Shown: positions 1-9,160, counted from the first letter of the stretch. The stretch is 24,571 bases of DNA from a virus (IMGVR_UViG_3300030207_002502:1-24571); one strand, 5' to 3'. A program made the numbers and translations. Notes: generated by a model from the letters alone, not told the origin.

Positions 1-15
1 TACAGGAAAAACCAG

Positions 16-804
16 GTGAAATTAAAAATCCCTGATCTCAAACCAGGTGAAAGGTTTCGAGGCCGGTGTCCTGCGTGTCGCCGGCCTGATACCTTTTCTG
101 CGACCCGTATCGGGGCGAAAGTGGTCTATAACTGCTTCTCAGCCTCGTGTGCGGCCTCTGGCTCTTTCCGGGTAGGTTATACCCCGGAAGACGTTAGAGC
201 CGCCCAGCACCCCTTAAAATGCGATGTGGAGGCATCTGAAATTGATCAGATCAATATGGCTACAAATATGGGTGGTTTTCGTTATGATCCTGTTCTATCG
301 GATTTTGTCGAACGCCATGGCATAACGACCGACGGCTGGACCTTCGATCCGGCCGAATCTCGTGCAGTTTTTCTAATTAGAAATGAGACCGGCCAGGTGG
401 TCGACGCCATCGGCCGGTCCCTCATCGGGCGCCTTCCAAAATGGAAACGATACGGCAAAAGCCGGGCGCCGCTCGTAATCGGTTCGGATCGACGCAACAT
501 TGTGATCGTCGAGGATGTGATCTCCGCAATAAAATTATCTAATATTTTACCCGAATGGGCGGCCATGCCTATCCTCGGCACTTCCTTGAGCGCCGACGCC
601 GTAACCGTCCTGTCATCTTTTAAAAACGGTTTGATCGCGCTCGACAAAGACGCCACCGACAAGGCGATACAGATGCACCGCCGGCTCGCCCCGTTTCTTG
701 ACCGGTGCCGGGTCGTCATGCTAGAGTGCGACATAAAAGACGATACAGAAGAAAATATCAGGGGGATATTCAAAAATGCTAGAACTGATACGGTCGCTAT
801 GTGA
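16..804 (+). CDS. Phage DNA primase (zinc-binding domain + TOPRIM)
   Basis: N-terminal CPAC...CFSASC zinc-binding motif; TOPRIM motifs IVIVEDVISA and IALDKDA; GTG start preceded by AGGA; overlaps the downstream helicase gene. Confidence 0.88.
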   Translation: MKLKIPDLKPGERFRGRCPACRRPDTFSATRIGAKVVYNCFSASCAASGSFRVGYTPEDVRAAQHPLKCDVEASEIDQINMATNMGGFRYDPVLSDFVERHGITTDGWTFDPAESRAVFLIRNETGQVVDAIGRSLIGRLPKWKRYGKSRAPLVIGSDRRNIVIVEDVISAIKLSNILPEWAAMPILGTSLSADAVTVLSSFKNGLIALDKDATDKAIQMHRRLAPFLDRCRVVMLECDIKDDTEENIRGIFKNARTDTVAM

Positions 805-2005
805 CAAGTCGACATATCAGACCATCGGCCGTGTGCCGGTATCCGCTTTCGACAAAGAGCCTCGCAAGATTCTCGAAACGCTGATCGAGGCTCACGAGCG
901 ATACGATACTGACATTACGCCTGTCGAACTCCGATACATTTTTGACGCAAAAAATCCGGGGCTGACGAAAAGCCAGAAGGATGTTTACAATCTGCTGTTC
1001 GCGAAGTTGCGCGACATCCAGCCTGTTAAAAACGGTTTGGTCGTCGATCTCATGCGCGATATGTGGCGGGTCGAACTCGGCCGGCAGATATCTGAAATCG
1101 GATTTACGATGATGGAAGGTCAGGCGACAGACCTTTCTCAGTTAGAAAAACTGGTCGACAGACATCGAGACGACGTGATGGTCGGCACATCGCCTATGGA
1201 AGCCGTCGACTTACAGCCTGAGAATCTACTATCCGAGCTAGAACAAGAAGAGAAGTGGGCGTTTAACATACGAAGTCTGACGCATCGTGTCGGCGGTGTC
1301 AGCCCTGGTCACTTTGTCGTGATCGGATCACGCCCAGAGACTGGCAAGACTTCGAGCCATGCCTCTTTCGCTGTCGCCCCAGGCGGCTGGATAGAGCAAG
1401 GCGCCCGCGTGCATACCCTGTGCAACGAAGAGAAAAAAGAGCGAGTCGCCCTGCGATATTACAATGCAGCCTTCGGTCTTTCTAAAAACGATTTGACTGT
1501 CGAGATGGTCAAAGCTGCTACCTTCAATCCGTTCGACCCAGAGGCTGGCCTGTTCATCGGGCGCATACCTGACGATGCTGGTATCGAAGGTATCGAGATG
1601 CATGTCAAAGAGCATCGGCCTGACATCCTCGTCATCGACATGCTCGACAAAGTATCGGTCGAAGGCATGAACGGCACGACGAGCCAACACGAAAAACTAC
1701 GTGAACTCTACCGTCGCACCCGTGACCTGGCTACTAAGTATGATTGTGCAATCTTTGGTTACAGTCAGTTAAGTGCCGAGGCAGAGGGTCGTGTCAATCT
1801 CAACAACGCCATGATGGAGAACAGCCGCACCGGTAAAGCTGCCGAGGCTGACTTGATGATCTTGATTGGGAAGTACGCGATGATCGAGGGAAGTCAGGAG
1901 AACGACCCACGTCGCGTATTTAATATATCGAAAAACAAAATCACTGGCTGGCATGGCCAGATACATGTGACGCTCGATGGAGCGAAAGCGAGGTACGATG
2001 ACTAG
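776..2005 (+). CDS. DnaB-like (SF4) replicative helicase
   Basis: Walker A GSRPETGKT, Walker B ILVIDMLD, SF4 motifs YSQLS, AEADLMILIG and KNK; lies between primase and polymerase. Confidence 0.92.
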   Translation: MLELIRSLCDKSTYQTIGRVPVSAFDKEPRKILETLIEAHERYDTDITPVELRYIFDAKNPGLTKSQKDVYNLLFAKLRDIQPVKNGLVVDLMRDMWRVELGRQISEIGFTMMEGQATDLSQLEKLVDRHRDDVMVGTSPMEAVDLQPENLLSELEQEEKWAFNIRSLTHRVGGVSPGHFVVIGSRPETGKTSSHASFAVAPGGWIEQGARVHTLCNEEKKERVALRYYNAAFGLSKNDLTVEMVKAATFNPFDPEAGLFIGRIPDDAGIEGIEMHVKEHRPDILVIDMLDKVSVEGMNGTTSQHEKLRELYRRTRDLATKYDCAIFGYSQLSAEAEGRVNLNNAMMENSRTGKAAEADLMILIGKYAMIEGSQENDPRRVFNISKNKITGWHGQIHVTLDGAKARYDD

Positions 2006-4070
2006 ACTGGTAGTCGATGTAGAAAACAGTGTCGTTCGTAATGGTCGGGCGACTGATGGTCGATCTCAGAACCCTAGTAACTCTTTGGTTTCTATAGGTA
2101 TTTGTGATGTAGATACAGGCGAGACTGACTATCTGGCTGTCTATCACAAAGAGAGACAAGACCCTGCCGACAGGTTCGATGCTTTCAAGAAACGCATAGA
2201 ATCAGCCAAGCTGCTGGTCGGCCACAATATCAAATACGATCTTCAGTGGCTCTGGTCGGTCGGTATCGATTATCGCGGTGATGTACATGATACGATGATC
2301 GGGGAATACATTCTTGCTCGCGGGGAAAGGATGTCTATCTCCCTAAAAAATTCATGTGAACGGCGCGATCTACAACATAAGAAGTCAGACGTAGCTGAGT
2401 CATATTGGGACAAAGGCATCGGATACGAAGCCATGCCTTGGTCTATCGTAGAGGAATATGGCCGTGCTGATGTCGAGGCTACCCGTGACTTGTACCTAGA
2501 ACAACTAGGTGATTATATAGGTAGCCCCCTGCAAAGGACGCTGGAGCTTACCAACAAAATGTGCGTCTGTCTAGCCGAAATCGAATATGCCGGTATGAAA
2601 ATCGACACGGACGTCCTAAATCAAGTGGAGTTCGACTTCCGCCGAGAGAAAGCAGCGGTCCAACGCCGGCTCGACGAGATGGTCTACCATGTGATGGGGG
2701 ACCGCCCTTTCAATCTCAGCAGCCCAGAACAACTAAGCCAGATACTGTTCTCACGCGCACCGCGCAGCAAGGACGAGCATTACAAGTTCTTCCAGCTAGA
2801 CCGCTGGTTCAAGCCCCGTGTCCCACCTACAAAATTCAAACAGTATTTAAAAACGGGATGCGAGCCGGTCTATCGGACGACGGGCATCCACTGCGTAACG
2901 TGCGACGGCAAAGGCAAAATCCACAAGCTGCGTAAAGACGGCACGCCATATAAAAACGCCATGACCTGTAAAGACTGCGGGGGTGCTGGTACGCGCTACG
3001 TGCAGACCCGCGAGATCGCCGGCTTCAAAATTAATCCGCCAGATTATCAGTGGGCCACAGCCGGTGGCTTCTCGACTGACAAGACGAAGCTGCGGATTTT
3101 GGTTAAGCAACTAAAAGCGAAGATTGCCGGCAAACCGAATACGAAGGTCGAGGAGGCAATTGAGTTCATCGAAAAGGTCGAACGCCTCGGTGCCCTCGAA
3201 ACGTATCTGTCGAGCTTCGTAGAGGGCGTCAGGAAGCGTCTGCTGGGTAACATCCTTTACGCCGAGTTCAACCAGTGTAGGACAGCCACAGGGCGTCTGT
3301 CGTCCTCTAGCCCGAACTTACAGAACATGCCACGAGGCGGGACCTTCCCTGTGAAGAAAGCGTTCGTTTCGCGGTTCGAGGATGGTGTGCTGCTAGAGTT
3401 CGACTTCGCACAACTAGAGTTCCGCGCGGCTGCATTCCTCGCAGATGATGCGCGGGCGAAGCACGAGATAGAAACAGGCTTCGACGTCCACACTTACACG
3501 GCCGATTATCTGACCGAGCAGGGCCAGCCGACGTCGCGGCAAGAGGCGAAGTCACGCACCTTTGCGCCGCTGTACGGCTCTGTGTCCGGCACGCCAGCCG
3601 AGCGCGCTTACAACTTACACTTCGTGCAGAAGTACGAGGGCATCCGGCGCTGGCATCAGGAGTTGCAGGACTCTGCAATCCGCCAGGGCATGATACGGCT
3701 GCCGTCTGGGCGCGAGTTTAAGTTCCCGAACACTAAACGGACAGCGTCGGGCGGGGCGACGAATGCCACTAAAATCAAAAACTATCCGGTGCAATCGTTT
3801 GCGACGGCTGACCTCGTCCCGCTATGCTTGGTAAATTTACGCAACGAAATCAAGAAGTTAGGACTATCAGCCCTGATCGTAAACACCGTCCACGATAGCG
3901 TTCTGCTAGATTGTCCGAAAGATGAAGTAGAAAAAGTCGAGGACATTTTGGGCCGTGTCCTCTCTACATCGAGCATCGACAAAATGATCTCAGACTTCTA
4001 CGATATCTCGATGACGGTCCCGCTCGAAATAGAACACAAAGTAGGGCGCAACTGGATGGAAATGAGTTGA
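1998..4070 (+). CDS. polA: Family A DNA polymerase with 3'-5' exonuclease and DnaJ-like zinc-finger insertion
   Basis: ExoI VVDVEN, ExoII HNIKYD, ExoIII YGRADV; TATGRLSS; motif A DFAQLEFR, motif B RQEAKSRTFAPLYG, motif C VHDS; CVTCDGKG and CKDCGGAG insert. Start placed at ATG 1998 (GAGG upstream, overlaps helicase stop) rather than 1977. Confidence 0.96.
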   Translation: MTRLVVDVENSVVRNGRATDGRSQNPSNSLVSIGICDVDTGETDYLAVYHKERQDPADRFDAFKKRIESAKLLVGHNIKYDLQWLWSVGIDYRGDVHDTMIGEYILARGERMSISLKNSCERRDLQHKKSDVAESYWDKGIGYEAMPWSIVEEYGRADVEATRDLYLEQLGDYIGSPLQRTLELTNKMCVCLAEIEYAGMKIDTDVLNQVEFDFRREKAAVQRRLDEMVYHVMGDRPFNLSSPEQLSQILFSRAPRSKDEHYKFFQLDRWFKPRVPPTKFKQYLKTGCEPVYRTTGIHCVTCDGKGKIHKLRKDGTPYKNAMTCKDCGGAGTRYVQTREIAGFKINPPDYQWATAGGFSTDKTKLRILVKQLKAKIAGKPNTKVEEAIEFIEKVERLGALETYLSSFVEGVRKRLLGNILYAEFNQCRTATGRLSSSSPNLQNMPRGGTFPVKKAFVSRFEDGVLLEFDFAQLEFRAAAFLADDARAKHEIETGFDVHTYTADYLTEQGQPTSRQEAKSRTFAPLYGSVSGTPAERAYNLHFVQKYEGIRRWHQELQDSAIRQGMIRLPSGREFKFPNTKRTASGGATNATKIKNYPVQSFATADLVPLCLVNLRNEIKKLGLSALIVNTVHDSVLLDCPKDEVEKVEDILGRVLSTSSIDKMISDFYDISMTVPLEIEHKVGRNWMEMS

Positions 4071-4094
4071 CATTTGGTCGCGTCTCAGTATAAC
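4067..4094 (+). promoter_or_regulatory. Putative sigma70-type promoter (TTGACA-16 nt-TATAAC)
   Basis: Perfect -35 TTGACA at 4067-4072 overlapping the polA stop codon; -10-like TATAAC at 4089-4094; in the 53-nt gap, the largest in the + arm; RBS GAGGA at 4111-4115 follows. Confidence 0.65.
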
Positions 4095-4123
4095 TATACC
4101 ATCTTGCAACGAGGATTTTTCAC

Positions 4124-4984
4124 ATGACTGTACTCATCGTTCCCCAAAGCGTATCAGACTACCACGCCTCTGTCGCCGCCCAGTTCGGCGAACCGGAGCA
4201 AAATAACCGAGACAGCATCCCTCGCGTTCGCATCGAGCGCGATAACGTCGAGAATGCAAATGACGAGCTTATCGTCCCGGCCGGGTCTTTCAGCATCGAC
4301 GATCCGGTCGCGGGCAAAATCTATGCGAAAGAAATCTCTTTCCGTTACTACAAGCACTTTTATCGATATAAACGGTACGATGCTCATGCCGAGCGCGTCA
4401 CTAAGAATGGCGACAAAGCCACAGGAAAGTACATTCACAGTGTGCTGGTCGCAGGCATGAACGACGAGGCACCATCTGACGACGGTAGTTTTCAATGTGG
4501 CCGTCCCCTGGGCTACATTCACGACTGGAAGTCCTTGCCAGAGTCCGAACAGGACTTCATCAAAAGCTGTCGTCAGATGGTCATTTTTTTCGGAGAAGCT
4601 ACAATCAACGGCGTCGACATCGAAGGGAACTCTGTTATAGAGACGGTGCCGGTAGAAATGGAACTCTCCAACAAGACGTCCGGCAAAACGCTGGTATCCT
4701 TCTATCAGGACATCCACTCCAAAAAGCGCACGGACCCCAACTCTGTATCAGTTGTGCTAAAAAGCAAGCGGGTCAAGGGCGGCGTTACGTTTTATGATCT
4801 CGTGCCTTCAATCAATAGCGCAGAGAACTTCGTGTTCGATGAAAATGCCATCAGCCTCACGGAGCGTTTCTATAACTACGTGCGCGGCATCAACAGCTAC
4901 GTGATGGAGAGGCATCGCGCTGCGATTGATGAAGACCAGAAAGAGTCTGACGATCAGTTCTTCGACATCAACAGCGAAGAGTAA
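4124..4984 (+). CDS. Putative single-stranded DNA-binding protein
   Basis: Sits between polA and the exonuclease; beta-rich body with aromatic residues; acidic/aromatic C-terminal tail DEDQKESDDQFFDINSEE like phage SSBs; good RBS. Function inferred. Confidence 0.55.
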   Translation: MTVLIVPQSVSDYHASVAAQFGEPEQNNRDSIPRVRIERDNVENANDELIVPAGSFSIDDPVAGKIYAKEISFRYYKHFYRYKRYDAHAERVTKNGDKATGKYIHSVLVAGMNDEAPSDDGSFQCGRPLGYIHDWKSLPESEQDFIKSCRQMVIFFGEATINGVDIEGNSVIETVPVEMELSNKTSGKTLVSFYQDIHSKKRTDPNSVSVVLKSKRVKGGVTFYDLVPSINSAENFVFDENAISLTERFYNYVRGINSYVMERHRAAIDEDQKESDDQFFDINSEE

Positions 4985-4989
4985 AGATC

Positions 4990-5880
4990 ATGGACCCGAA
5001 GCTGGCGCGCGTCATAGGCTGGCTTCAGCGAAACTTGGCAGGCGATGTAGACATGGAAGAGTCTACAATCGCCGCCGTCGCAGAAGATGTCAAAGAGGCG
5101 CTTCGTAAGCAGTTCGCCAGTGAGAGACGTAAAGACGAGACCTTCCGAGTTAGACCGTCGAACGCTGGCAAGCCGCTGTGTCAATTACAAATGGAAAAGT
5201 CCGGGGCTGACGCTGTCGGCACGGACTATAATTTTTTGATGCGAATGGTTCTTGGCGACATCGTCGAGGCCGTTCTGAAAGGCGTCATCAAAGAGGCAGG
5301 TCTGAAAGGCTACACAGGCACCGAGCGCGTCACGGCAGAAGTCGGTGACGGGCAGACGATATCTGGTGAGCTTGATCTCTGCTTCGACGATCAGCCGGAC
5401 GACATCAAATCTACATCAGATTGGGCGTTCCGCAACAAGTTCACAAGCTGGAGCATGATGAAAGAGTCGGACTCTTTCGGTTACGTCCAACAACTACACA
5501 TCTATGCCCGAGGCAAAAAGCAACTGCCGGGCGGCATCTGGGCGGTCAACATCGCGACGGGCCAGATAAATCGTATCGAGTGCGACGACACACCGGAAGA
5601 GCATGACCGTGTGATATCGAACGTCGCTGAAACAATCAGAGTTCTGGGCGATTCCAGCGTACCGTTCGAGCGGTGCTTTACGGATGAAGCTGAGACTTTC
5701 TACAAAACTGAAACTGGCAACAGAAGACTCGGCAAAGAATGTAGCTGGTGCCGCTTTCGGTTTTCTTGCTGGCCCGGTTTACAAGAGCGAGAGTCGGTCT
5801 GGTCAAAGGCAAAGAATAAGCCGATGGTTGCGTATACGCAGCTAACTAACTTTCCAGAGGAGGAGGAAGCGTATGTCTGA
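4990..5880 (+). CDS. PD-(D/E)XK (Cas4/RecB-like) exonuclease
   Basis: RPS...C N-terminal motif, GELDL...DDIKS catalytic motif, YVQQLHIY, C-terminal CSWCRFRFSC cysteine cluster. Confidence 0.85.
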   Translation: MDPKLARVIGWLQRNLAGDVDMEESTIAAVAEDVKEALRKQFASERRKDETFRVRPSNAGKPLCQLQMEKSGADAVGTDYNFLMRMVLGDIVEAVLKGVIKEAGLKGYTGTERVTAEVGDGQTISGELDLCFDDQPDDIKSTSDWAFRNKFTSWSMMKESDSFGYVQQLHIYARGKKQLPGGIWAVNIATGQINRIECDDTPEEHDRVISNVAETIRVLGDSSVPFERCFTDEAETFYKTETGNRRLGKECSWCRFRFSCWPGLQERESVWSKAKNKPMVAYTQLTNFPEEEEAYV

Positions 5881-6097
5881 TAATAAAACTACATACGCCG
5901 ATTGCACCGATGCAGAGATCGAGGACCTGTTGAAGACGGCTCTGGCGACAGTCACAGAGCTATCGACGGAGCGTCGGTCGCGTCAGCAGAAGGCGTTATC
6001 AGAAGCCCATCAAAAATTGCGTGAGGCGCAGGAGCAGTACAAAACTGCTATGGGTTACCCGTCGATGAAACTGACCAGTGGCGTCTTCACGTTCTGA
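5873..6097 (+). CDS. Hypothetical small coiled-coil protein
   Basis: Strong RBS (GGAGGAGG) upstream; overlaps both neighbours; helical composition. Confidence 0.7.
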   Translation: MSDNKTTYADCTDAEIEDLLKTALATVTELSTERRSRQQKALSEAHQKLREAQEQYKTAMGYPSMKLTSGVFTF

Positions 6098-6518
6098 TTA
6101 TCGCCTGGCAAAAGGTTTTCGTAGCGGCCTCGAAGGACGCATCGCTCTTGAGCTAGAGAGCGTCGGCATCACAGACTGTTACGAAACTCTGAAGATACCG
6201 TTCGTGCAGCCAGCCAAGTCGCGCAACTATACGCCTGACTTTGTGCTGCCGAACGGGATCATCATCGAGTCGAAAGGTATTTTTTCGGTGGCTGACAGAC
6301 AGAAGCACGTCTGGATTAAAGAGCAGCACCCCGAGCTAGATATTCGTTTCGTTTTTTACAATAGCCGCAACAAAATTCGCAAAGGGTCGAAGACCACCTA
6401 CGGTATGTGGTGTGAAGCAAATGACTTCCTGTTCGCTGATCATAGCATTCCAGATGCCTGGATCGAGGAGAAGCGCAGTGACAAAAAAAATAAGAAATTT
6501 AATAAATCTACAGCCTAA
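6078..6518 (+). CDS. T7 endonuclease I-like Holliday junction resolvase
   Basis: FRSGLE, YTPDFVLPNGIIIESKG, DRQKH, HPELDIRFVF, SKTTYGMWC and IPDAW motifs match the T7 gp3 family. Confidence 0.95.
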   Translation: MASSRSDYRLAKGFRSGLEGRIALELESVGITDCYETLKIPFVQPAKSRNYTPDFVLPNGIIIESKGIFSVADRQKHVWIKEQHPELDIRFVFYNSRNKIRKGSKTTYGMWCEANDFLFADHSIPDAWIEEKRSDKKNKKFNKSTA

Positions 6519-6777
6519 TCAACTTGCAGTCATCATCGACGTCGAGCTTCTTGAAGATCGTGAGGACGTCAACTTCTCAGTCATGCCGGTCGAGGCAGAC
6601 GATCTCGAAGCGCCTGATCACGTCAAGTTCTTCCTACGAGATATGATGCGCGCCATGTGCGCGGTCGCCGCTCTACCAGACGGTGATCTTGAGGACCTCG
6701 TCAGGAAGTACTATGCGACGTTCATCGACTACGGCGACGACGATGACAACATCATCCCCTTTCCCACCAAGCACTGA
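6478..6777 (+). CDS. Hypothetical acidic protein
   Basis: GTG at 6478 with GAGGAG RBS at 6465-6470 (preferred over 6412); ends DDDDNIIPFPTKH. Confidence 0.65.
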   Translation: MTKKIRNLINLQPNQLAVIIDVELLEDREDVNFSVMPVEADDLEAPDHVKFFLRDMMRAMCAVAALPDGDLEDLVRKYYATFIDYGDDDDNIIPFPTKH

Positions 6778-6784
6778 GGACGCT

Positions 6785-7291
6785 ATGAAAAAATCAGAGT
6801 TGATTTTAGAAGAGGCCATCTCGCTAATTGGCAAAGACCGTCACGACGACCACGGGCCAGCCGACAAATCGTTCGAGCGGATTGCTAAGTTCTGGTCGAT
6901 AATCTTGGACACGCAAGTGCAACCGCATCAGGTCGCGCAGTGCATGATTGCACTCAAGCTGTCTCGTATTAATCACACCAGTGTAAATAATGATAACTGG
7001 ATTGATATTGCAGGGTACGCGGCACTCGGCGGAGAGATCGCCCAGCACTTCGAGGTGGTGTCTACTGCTATGGGCATAGACGAATTTCTGACACAGGCAC
7101 ATGCGCCAAACGAATTTTTCGACTTCCAGCTTGACATGTTCGACAATGATGAACTCGACGAAAACATATTCGTGTCGACCAGCGACATCATAGACTTCGA
7201 TTCGCTGCCAGACATCGACTGCAAGTCCGATAGCCCCAAAGAGGACGACAGTCTATTTTTCTGGGGCGGTGGAGTAAATGCCAAGGATTAA
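6785..7291 (+). CDS. DUF6378-like phage protein with long acidic C-terminal extension
   Basis: ILEEA...DRHDDHG...FERIA..WS...VAQCMIALKLSR...DNWIDIAGYAALGGE pattern; ATG 6785 with GAGGA RBS. Confidence 0.75.
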   Translation: MKKSELILEEAISLIGKDRHDDHGPADKSFERIAKFWSIILDTQVQPHQVAQCMIALKLSRINHTSVNNDNWIDIAGYAALGGEIAQHFEVVSTAMGIDEFLTQAHAPNEFFDFQLDMFDNDELDENIFVSTSDIIDFDSLPDIDCKSDSPKEDDSLFFWGGGVNAKD

Positions 7292-7457
7292 TTTCAAGAT
7301 CGGCCTGACGGTCGACCCGGAGTTCTATGTCACTCCAGTAGACGACGATGTAGAAGAAGAACTGATCGATATGATCCAAGACCTGCTGTACGAGGTCGAC
7401 GGCGTTATGGACATCTCTGTGACGCGAATAAAAGGACGAGGGAAAGGGAGCGGCTAA
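7278..7457 (+). CDS. Hypothetical 59-aa acidic protein (not in ORF track)
   Basis: Hand translation MPRINFKIGLTVDPEFYVTPVDDDVEEELIDMIQDLLYEVDGVMDISVTRIKGRGKGSG; GGAG RBS; TAATG overlap with the nrdJ start; fills the apparent gap. Confidence 0.75.
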   Translation: MPRINFKIGLTVDPEFYVTPVDDDVEEELIDMIQDLLYEVDGVMDISVTRIKGRGKGSG

Positions 7458-9160
7458 TGTCCTGGAAGAGCAATCAAAATCCGATGTTTCGGTCGCAGTT
7501 CAGCGAAAGCATTTTTAAATTAAAGTATGCCCACACGGGTGCAGAGACGATGGAGGCCATGGCCACCACGGTGATCGATGACGTATGTGGCAACCTTCGC
7601 ACTGGCGAATATAAGATGATGCCTGACGACGAGCTAGATCGTCTGAAGGGCTACATCCGTGATCTGAAGTTTGTGCCTGGCGGCCGCTACCTGTATTACG
7701 CGGGCCGCAAGAATCGTTTCTATAATAACTGCTTTCTGCTCAAAGCCGAAGAGGATAGCCGCGAGGACTGGGCCGCTCTGTCGTGGCGCGCGGAATCTTG
7801 CCTGATGACCGGCGGCGGCATCGGTGTCGATTACAGTGTGTATCGGCCGTCTGGCGCAGCACTCGGTGGCACGGGTGGCCAGGCCAGTGGTCCCATCCCA
7901 AAAATGAAGATGATTAACTCTATCGGCGCGAACGTCATGCAAGGTGGCGCGCGACGGTCGGCCATCTACGCCAGCCTCAACTGGCAGCACGGTGACATCC
8001 AGGCATTCTTGACGGCGAAGGACTGGGACACGATGCCGGTTGGCAACACCGGTCAGACTTTGAAAGACGTCAAAGAGGCCGACTTCAACTTCCCAGCGCC
8101 GCTCGACATGACCAACATCTCGGTCAACTACGATACAGACTGGCTGATGAACTACTGGCAAACCGGCGATGTCGGCGACGTCTTCCGGCAGAATGCGAGA
8201 CAAGCCTTGCGGACGGCAGAGCCAGGTTTTTCGTTTAACTTCTTCGACAAAGAGAACGAGACGTTACGCAACGCGTGTACGGAAGTGAGCAGCGAGCTAG
8301 ACTCTGATTGTTGCAACCTTGCCTCGATCAACATGGGACGCGTTCAATCGTTAGAAGAGTTTGCGGACATTGTCGAGCTAGGCACGAAGTTCCTGATTTG
8401 CGGAACTCTCCGCGCTGATCTCCCCTACCAAAAAGTCTACGACGTCCGCGAGGCTACCCGCCGCCTCGGCCTCGGCTTGATGGGGATGCACGAGTGGCTG
8501 ATTAAGAAAGGCTACAAGTACGAATGCACGCCCGAGCTACACCAGTGGCTGTCTGTATATAAAGGTGTGTCGGACAAAACGGCTGATGCATTTGCTGACA
8601 GCCTGTCGATCTCGCGCCCTGTCGCAAAGCGTGCCATCGCCCCGACCGGCTCTATCGGTATCTTGGCGGGCACGACGACTGGGGTCGAGCCACTGTTCGC
8701 TGTGGCGTACAAGCGCCGTTATCTCACCGGTGGTCAGCGTTGGAAGTACCAGTACGTCGTAGACAGCGCCGCGCAAGAGTTGATTGATCACTACGGTGTC
8801 GATCCAGACAGCATCGAGAGCGCCCTCGATTTGGCAGAGAACTACGAACAGCGAATCCGGTTTCAAGCGGACGTAAATGATTATGTTGATATGTCTATTT
8901 CAAGCACGATTAACCTGCCTGCTTGGGGCAGTAAGCTCAATAACGAAGACACAGTCGATGACTTTGCTAACACGCTTGCAAGTTATGCCCACCGATTACG
9001 CGGCTTCACTTGCTATCCCGACGGCTCACGCGGTGGTCAGCCACTTACCGTAGTGCCTTATTCCGAGGCCGTCGATAAATTAGGTACTGAGTTCGATGAA
9101 CACATTGAAACCCACGACATTTGTGAAATTAGTGGGCAAGGCGGCTCTTGCGGTGTCTGA
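7457..9160 (+). CDS. nrdJ: Class II (adenosylcobalamin-dependent) ribonucleotide reductase
   Basis: PGGR, NNCF, GGGIG, GGARRSA, finger loop NACTE, CNLAS, RLGLG, APTGS, ISSTIN and a C-terminal Cys pair; no beta subunit gene nearby. Class II is inferred. Confidence 0.88.
   Translation: MSWKSNQNPMFRSQFSESIFKLKYAHTGAETMEAMATTVIDDVCGNLRTGEYKMMPDDELDRLKGYIRDLKFVPGGRYLYYAGRKNRFYNNCFLLKAEEDSREDWAALSWRAESCLMTGGGIGVDYSVYRPSGAALGGTGGQASGPIPKMKMINSIGANVMQGGARRSAIYASLNWQHGDIQAFLTAKDWDTMPVGNTGQTLKDVKEADFNFPAPLDMTNISVNYDTDWLMNYWQTGDVGDVFRQNARQALRTAEPGFSFNFFDKENETLRNACTEVSSELDSDCCNLASINMGRVQSLEEFADIVELGTKFLICGTLRADLPYQKVYDVREATRRLGLGLMGMHEWLIKKGYKYECTPELHQWLSVYKGVSDKTADAFADSLSISRPVAKRAIAPTGSIGILAGTTTGVEPLFAVAYKRRYLTGGQRWKYQYVVDSAAQELIDHYGVDPDSIESALDLAENYEQRIRFQADVNDYVDMSISSTINLPAWGSKLNNEDTVDDFANTLASYAHRLRGFTCYPDGSRGGQPLTVVPYSEAVDKLGTEFDEHIETHDICEISGQGGSCGV

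Noticed and set aside
2892-2990. Intein or separate dnaJ gene within polA
   Set aside because: No intein splice motifs and no J-domain HPD motif; it is a short in-frame zinc-finger insert.
4990-5880. Cas4-like nuclease as evidence of a CRISPR-Cas system
   Set aside because: No repeat-spacer array or other cas genes seen; solo Cas4-like exonucleases are common in phage replication modules.
7131-7160. Second TTGACA as a promoter
   Set aside because: It lies within a CDS and has no credible -10 box at 16-18 nt spacing.
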